This document shows, piece by piece, positions 59,672 to 64,000 of a stretch of 64,000 nt of DNA. Made by a program: the position numbers and the translations under genes. The notes beneath the pieces were generated by a model. It made no database searches. It was not told the DNA's origin and saw only the letters and a program-made list of their open reading frames with translations. Source of the stretch: Bacteroidales bacterium (GTDB lineage: Bacteria > Bacteroidota > Bacteroidia > Bacteroidales > JAADJA01); NCBI GenBank assembly GCA_020052415.1, contig JAGVPB010000048.1:114437-178436 (forward strand), in the 5' to 3' direction. Positions within the stretch are counted from its first letter, which is position 1, and each line of letters begins with the position of its first letter.

Positions 59672-59677
59672 TTTAAA

Positions 59678-59790
59678 AGTTCAATGTTTGTCTCGCCGAA
59701 GGCGAGATGAAGTTCAAAGTTAGTTTAGAGTTTTGGGTTCCGGGTCTAACATCTAAATACTAAATACTCCGTACTAAAGACTATAGACTA
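59678..59790. repeat. Hairpin element TGTCTCGCC-GAA-GGCGAGATGAA plus degenerate heptamers in the yedF-selD spacer
   Basis: 59689-59711 is the reverse complement of the 19488/20818 element; nearby TCTAACA-TCTAAAT-ACTAAAT...ACTAAAG-ACTATAG heptamers. Confidence 0.8.
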
Positions 59791-60389
59791 ACCACCTTCC
59801 CTGCTTTCAGCATGCTATCCAATATCTCATACATATTCGTGATCCGCCCTACAGCAAGCTGGTCGGTTTTCTCAAAATAATTAAGGCAGGTGCCGCAGGT
59901 GATCAGTTCCACTCCCCTCTTTTCCAGTTCAGTCAGATGAACAAGAGCAGGCGCACCTTTCAGCACAAGATTTATCCCTGAATTCAGGAAAATTATCTTT
60001 TGAGGCAGTACATCGTATTCTCTAATGGTATTCAACAGGCTGCCGGCTAAAACCAAACCCAGCTCATTATCTCCTTCACCGATCCGGTCTTTGGCAAAAA
60101 CTACCACATAGCTTTTATCAGTGGGAACCGGTGCTTCACAATACGGATCAACCTCTGAAAGCGTCTCTATCTTTCCTGATTTACTTACAAGCAGTTCAAA
60201 TTCACTTCCTTTCTTCTGCTGCTCAGCCGTAATTCCATTGTCTTTCAAATACCTCATTACGTTCTGTACCGAAGTCTCGCTGTCGAGTACTACCTTTAAT
60301 GATTCACCTTCCGCCAGTTCCTTCAGTGCCTTTTTTGTTTCAATCAGCGGCATCGGACATTTTTTGCCTCTTACATCTATTATTTTCAT
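59781..60389 (-). CDS. yedF: Selenium metabolism protein YedF (SirA/TusA plus DsrE domains)
   Basis: ID.RG..CP.P..ETKKAL; G.GD.ELG..L, FLNSG..L, CGTCL.YF and VG.ITNMY.I motifs; located between selB and selD. Confidence 0.92.
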   Translation of the reverse strand: MKIIDVRGKKCPMPLIETKKALKELAEGESLKVVLDSETSVQNVMRYLKDNGITAEQQKKGSEFELLVSKSGKIETLSEVDPYCEAPVPTDKSYVVVFAKDRIGEGDNELGLVLAGSLLNTIREYDVLPQKIIFLNSGINLVLKGAPALVHLTELEKRGVELITCGTCLNYFEKTDQLAVGRITNMYEILDSMLKAGKVVSL

Positions 60390-60402
60390 TTAAAATATTC
60401 TG

Positions 60403-62364
60403 TTAGTTATTAATTATTTCTTTGCCTTTGTCAGTAATATCAATAAAAAACGATCTTTTGCTGATGATGCCTTCTTCGAGGAAAATACCCTGCAAAGTCT
60501 GTACGATTTTTTTCGTGCCGTTGATCAGCAGCCTGAATTCCTTTTCATTGATCCCCTTTTCCTTGTTCTTCAGATCATTCAGCAACATCTTCCTGCATTT
60601 ATCCACAACCGAGTAATGCAGATAATCTCCTTCATAAAAAATGACCTTCTTTTGCCGTCCAAGATATTTTAGCATCATTTTCAAACGTTCCTTTGGGATT
60701 TTATTCATGACAGCCCTTTCTTCTATTTCCGAATCCAGCGGATTTTCCATGCCATAGCTTTTGATCGCCTGTTCAAGCCATAAAAGTTGTTCCTGAGTTC
60801 TGGGATCAATCTTAACAACATGCTGTGATAAAGCCCGGGATGTCCCAACCTTTTTAATCACTGCATCCTGAAGAAGAATCTCCAGCAGTTTATCCAGATA
60901 CAGCTTTGCTGCTTCGTTTTTTGTAAATCCAAGCTTACCATAAAACTCAGGAATTTCGAGCCCTTCTTCAAGTATAGGATTTTTACGATGCCACAATTCA
61001 ATTTCCTCAAGAACTTTCGCATAGTATTGCAAATGCGCCTCATTCGTCAAAAGAATTGTTTTACCTGTTACTTCGGTTATGAATACTGAATGATCTCCGG
61101 CATTCCGGCAAGCGTCAATAATTTCCGCGACAGGTTTACCAATTCGGGCGGCAATCACTTCAGCATACACAGGAAAATTCTCTTTTTTAAGCTCGATTTT
61201 GACAATGTTAAAAATTTTGTCCTTGTTTAATGAGGCCTCCAGCAGTTCATTCAGGCTTTCTACCAGTTGCCCGGTTCGTTTTTTATGATGAAGCGGTTGA
61301 ACATCAATGATGGCTCCGCCACCGAGGGTAACATCATTGGATGAATTCCTGACGATGTACTTATCATTATTCTCAAGGATAGCCAGCCTTGCAAGATGGA
61401 TCTGTACCACAGATAGTTCTCCGGGCTGCAAGGTTTCCTTATTCAGCAGATGCATCCTTGCTGCACATTCAAATGTACCGGTAAAAAACACGACATTAGA
61501 CCAGAGTCCGAGTCCCGCATCCGGTTCAAACAGCGAAAATGAAGCGTCTATCATGCTTGTTTCATCAATCAGCTTATCCGACAAAACCATCCCCCTTTCG
61601 AAATCTTCACCTTTAATTCCAGCCAGGTTCAAAGCTGCACGATCGCCGCAATACACTTTACTGACCACCTGACCATGCCGTTCTATGCTTCGGATCTTTA
61701 ACTTCTTATCCTTACCCGGCAGCATGTAAACATCCTTTCCTGTTTCAATCTCCCCTTCAAGGACAGAACCGGTCACAACAAAACCGATACCCCTCACATT
61801 AAATATCCGGTCAATATACATCCTGAAATGATCCTTTCTTTCTCTTTCAGGAACAGCCGGGATAATGGAGGTAATAGTATCTACCAATAGTTCAAGCCCC
61901 TTTCCCGTGATTGACGAAACCGGTACGACCGGGGCGCCCTCAAGACTTGTTCCTTCAAGAAACTCTTCTATTTCCAACTGTGCCAGCTCCTGCATCTCAT
62001 CATCCACAAGGTCAATTTTATTCAGAACCACTATTCCATTTTTAACTCCCAGCATTTCAATGATCTTCAGATGTTCTGTTGTTTGAGGCATAATCCCGCT
62101 GTCTGCAGCAACGACCAGCAGAACTATATCTATTCCATAGGCGCCTGCCACCATAGTCTTGATAAAATCTTTGTGTCCCGGAACATCTACTATTCCAAAA
62201 GATTCACCGTTCGGGAGGGTAATATGCGAAAATCCAAGGTTGATGGTTATCCCTCTTTCTTTTTCTTCTTTGTGAGTATCGCAATCAATTCCTGTAAGGG
62301 CTTTGATCAGAGCTGTTTTCCCATGATCTACATGGCCTGCCGTACCAATAATGAGATGTTTCAT
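60403..62364 (-). CDS. selB: Selenocysteine-specific elongation factor
   Basis: GTAGHVDHGKT.L..ALTG.D.D...EEKERGITI.LGF, DVPGH..F...M.AGA.GID and DR.F...G.G.VVTG motifs; ~300-aa C-terminal extension. Confidence 0.96.
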   Translation of the reverse strand: MKHLIIGTAGHVDHGKTALIKALTGIDCDTHKEEKERGITINLGFSHITLPNGESFGIVDVPGHKDFIKTMVAGAYGIDIVLLVVAADSGIMPQTTEHLKIIEMLGVKNGIVVLNKIDLVDDEMQELAQLEIEEFLEGTSLEGAPVVPVSSITGKGLELLVDTITSIIPAVPERERKDHFRMYIDRIFNVRGIGFVVTGSVLEGEIETGKDVYMLPGKDKKLKIRSIERHGQVVSKVYCGDRAALNLAGIKGEDFERGMVLSDKLIDETSMIDASFSLFEPDAGLGLWSNVVFFTGTFECAARMHLLNKETLQPGELSVVQIHLARLAILENNDKYIVRNSSNDVTLGGGAIIDVQPLHHKKRTGQLVESLNELLEASLNKDKIFNIVKIELKKENFPVYAEVIAARIGKPVAEIIDACRNAGDHSVFITEVTGKTILLTNEAHLQYYAKVLEEIELWHRKNPILEEGLEIPEFYGKLGFTKNEAAKLYLDKLLEILLQDAVIKKVGTSRALSQHVVKIDPRTQEQLLWLEQAIKSYGMENPLDSEIEERAVMNKIPKERLKMMLKYLGRQKKVIFYEGDYLHYSVVDKCRKMLLNDLKNKEKGINEKEFRLLINGTKKIVQTLQGIFLEEGIISKRSFFIDITDKGKEIINN

Positions 62365-63779
62365 TGTACTTTGATTTGAGAATAAACATCACAAATAGTT
62401 CTGCTCAGAATTTCCATTTGTTCGTTCGGCACGGTCAGAACATCGAAAATGATATCACCCTTTCGCAATATTGCAACGACCGGAGTTTCAGCCATCATAA
62501 GGTGATGGTAAAGCTTTTCTGAAAATTCCGATTTCTTCCTGTTCGGTTTTAAACCCTGTTCTATCCGAACCGCTACACTTTTTATTTCCTTATCCGGCAG
62601 GGCGCCGCCTCCGCACTGACCAACATTTGGCAATATTTCCGACACTATCCCCTTTTCATTAAGATCATTTTTCAATCTTTGGGCTTTGCCTCGCAATTCT
62701 TCCTGTGGGGTTGTCACCAATTTAAATAACAGGTTCTTTTCAAAAAGGTATTTATCATCGAGGTAATAGGATAAAGCAGCTTCCATGAAAGCCAGGGCAG
62801 TTTTTCCAACCCGAAGCGCCCTGACCATAGGTTCCTTTTTCAGTCTGGCGATGTATTCCTCTTTCCCGGCAATAATCCCGGCCTGTGCTCCTCCGAGAAG
62901 CTTATCACCACTGAAACTTACAATATCAACTCCTGTAGCCAGTGTTTCCTTTACATCAGGTTCATCCTTAAAAATTTCAATTCCTGTTTTTCGCAGAAGT
63001 CCCGAACCCATATCATACATCACAGGTATTTTCATTTTTTTCCCTAAAGCCACGAGTTCCTGCAATTCCGCTTCCTGTGTAAATCCATGAATAACGTAAT
63101 TGGATTTATGCGCTTTTAATAATAATCTTGTTTTTGGGGTTACAGCCTTTTCATAATCTTTTATACTAGTTTTATTTGTCGTACCTACCTCCACCATTTT
63201 GCAATCGGATGCAGCCATAATTTCAGGCAATCGAAATGATCCACCAATCTCTATGAGTTCTCCTCTTGAAACAATAACCTCTTTTCCTTTGGCATAAGAT
63301 CGCAAAACAAGCATGAGCGCAGCGGCATTATTGTTCACAACCAGAACATCTTCAGCGCCTGTAAGATATTTGAGCAAATCCGCAAGATGTGTATTTCTTG
63401 AACCTCTGACTCCATTATTAAGGTCGAATTCAAGGTTGTTATAGCCCTTTAAAACCGCTGAGGCGTCCCTGATAATATCATCACTGTATGGAGCCCTGCC
63501 GAGATTGGTATGAATTACGATCCCTGTAGCATTGATGACACTTCGGAGACTTCTGGAGGTAAGTTTTTGAACCTGAAGCCCTATTCCTTCAATGATATCA
63601 GCCATTTCCGGAAGAGCTTCCGATTTCAGCGCCTGACTGCGAAAATGATCCAGTGTGGTTCGGATGGCATACTTCACGACCTGAACGTTAAATTGCGCGA
63701 TCAGAATTTTAATTTCAGGTAAGACCAATAATTTATCAACACCCGGAAGTTTTTTAAATTCCTCATGTTTTAGTTCCAT
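62361..63779 (-). CDS. selA: L-seryl-tRNA(Sec) selenium transferase
   Basis: VINATG...HTNLGRA, VVNNNAAA, SRGELIEIGGSFR, VEVGTTN and SFSGDKLLGG (PLP Lys) motifs. Confidence 0.97.
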   Translation of the reverse strand: MELKHEEFKKLPGVDKLLVLPEIKILIAQFNVQVVKYAIRTTLDHFRSQALKSEALPEMADIIEGIGLQVQKLTSRSLRSVINATGIVIHTNLGRAPYSDDIIRDASAVLKGYNNLEFDLNNGVRGSRNTHLADLLKYLTGAEDVLVVNNNAAALMLVLRSYAKGKEVIVSRGELIEIGGSFRLPEIMAASDCKMVEVGTTNKTSIKDYEKAVTPKTRLLLKAHKSNYVIHGFTQEAELQELVALGKKMKIPVMYDMGSGLLRKTGIEIFKDEPDVKETLATGVDIVSFSGDKLLGGAQAGIIAGKEEYIARLKKEPMVRALRVGKTALAFMEAALSYYLDDKYLFEKNLLFKLVTTPQEELRGKAQRLKNDLNEKGIVSEILPNVGQCGGGALPDKEIKSVAVRIEQGLKPNRKKSEFSEKLYHHLMMAETPVVAILRKGDIIFDVLTVPNEQMEILSRTICDVYSQIKVQ

Positions 63780-63814
63780 ACAAATTTATTTATCAAGGAT
63801 ACATAATAAAAAAG

Positions 63815-63906
63815 CAGAGAGGGCAGGAATCGAACCTGCCACAGCCGGTGTTATCCGTCTGCTACTGGTTTTGAAGACCAGGTGAGACACCAGTCCCTTC
63901 CCCTCT
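63815..63906 (-). tRNA. selC: tRNA-Sec (anticodon UCA); CCA not encoded
   Basis: Minus strand: acceptor AGAGGGG/CCTCTCT with discriminator G; D arm GGGAC-TGGT-GTCTC; anticodon arm CTGGT-CTTCAAA-ACCAG; long variable arm; T arm GCAGG-TTCGATT-CCTGC; directly upstream of selA. Confidence 0.95.
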
Positions 63907-63913
63907 AACTAAT

Positions 63914-63963
63914 AATTAACCCGGGAAACCAACGATCATCAATCATATCTTCCCGGGTTAATT
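63914..63963 (-). promoter_or_regulatory. Perfect 14-bp inverted repeat in the selC leader
   Basis: AATTAACCCGGGAA, 22 nt, TTCCCGGGTTAATT. Confidence 0.6.
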
Positions 63964-63966
63964 CGC

Positions 63967-63999
63967 CAAATTTATTATGAAACTAAAACTTAAAGCAAA
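63967..63999 (-). promoter_or_regulatory. Putative sigma-A promoter of the sel operon
   Basis: Minus strand TTTG (63999-63996), 21 nt, then TAAATTTG (63974-63967). Confidence 0.6.
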
Positions 64000-64000
64000 T

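Noticed and set aside
63781-63788. TAAATTTG just before the selA start as an internal promoter
   Set aside because: It is only 1 nt from the ATG and lacks a properly spaced upstream TTTG; it cannot be supported without TSS data.
63815-63906. selC as the attachment site of an integrated island
   Set aside because: No integrase and no duplicated tRNA 3' end were found; selA follows immediately.

Overview
AT-rich chromosomal window from a Bacteroidota, most likely Bacteroidales-like, bacterium. Evidence: TTTG-N19-21-TAnnTTTG promoters, type IX secretion (T9SS) C-terminal domains and the guaA-LysM-nusB gene order. Housekeeping and metabolic genes include GH13 amylase, galM, galK, ppk2, guaA, nusB, rarA, kdsA, DPP III, gcvT and a CapD-like dehydratase. 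There is an 11-subunit complex I operon (nuoABCDHIJKLMN, no nuoEFG) and several T9SS cargo proteins. The right end holds a complete selenocysteine cluster (selC-selA-selB-yedF-selD), which is uncommon in this phylum. Its tRNA-Sec has a short 7/5 acceptor-T helix and its SelB lacks the usual SECIS-binding motif. The main unexplained structure is a set of intergenic 7-, 8- and 9-nt tandem repeats and ~20-nt mini-palindromes. Three unrelated genes (GxxExxY nuclease-fold protein, four-helix-bundle protein, triple cohesin-like protein) are each bracketed by ~30-bp imperfect inverted repeats. A vapC pseudogene/antitoxin pair lies between palindromic direct repeats, and one mini-palindrome sits in frame inside a CDS. 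No transposase, integrase or reverse transcriptase is present. All calls come from motif recognition by eye; no database search was run.
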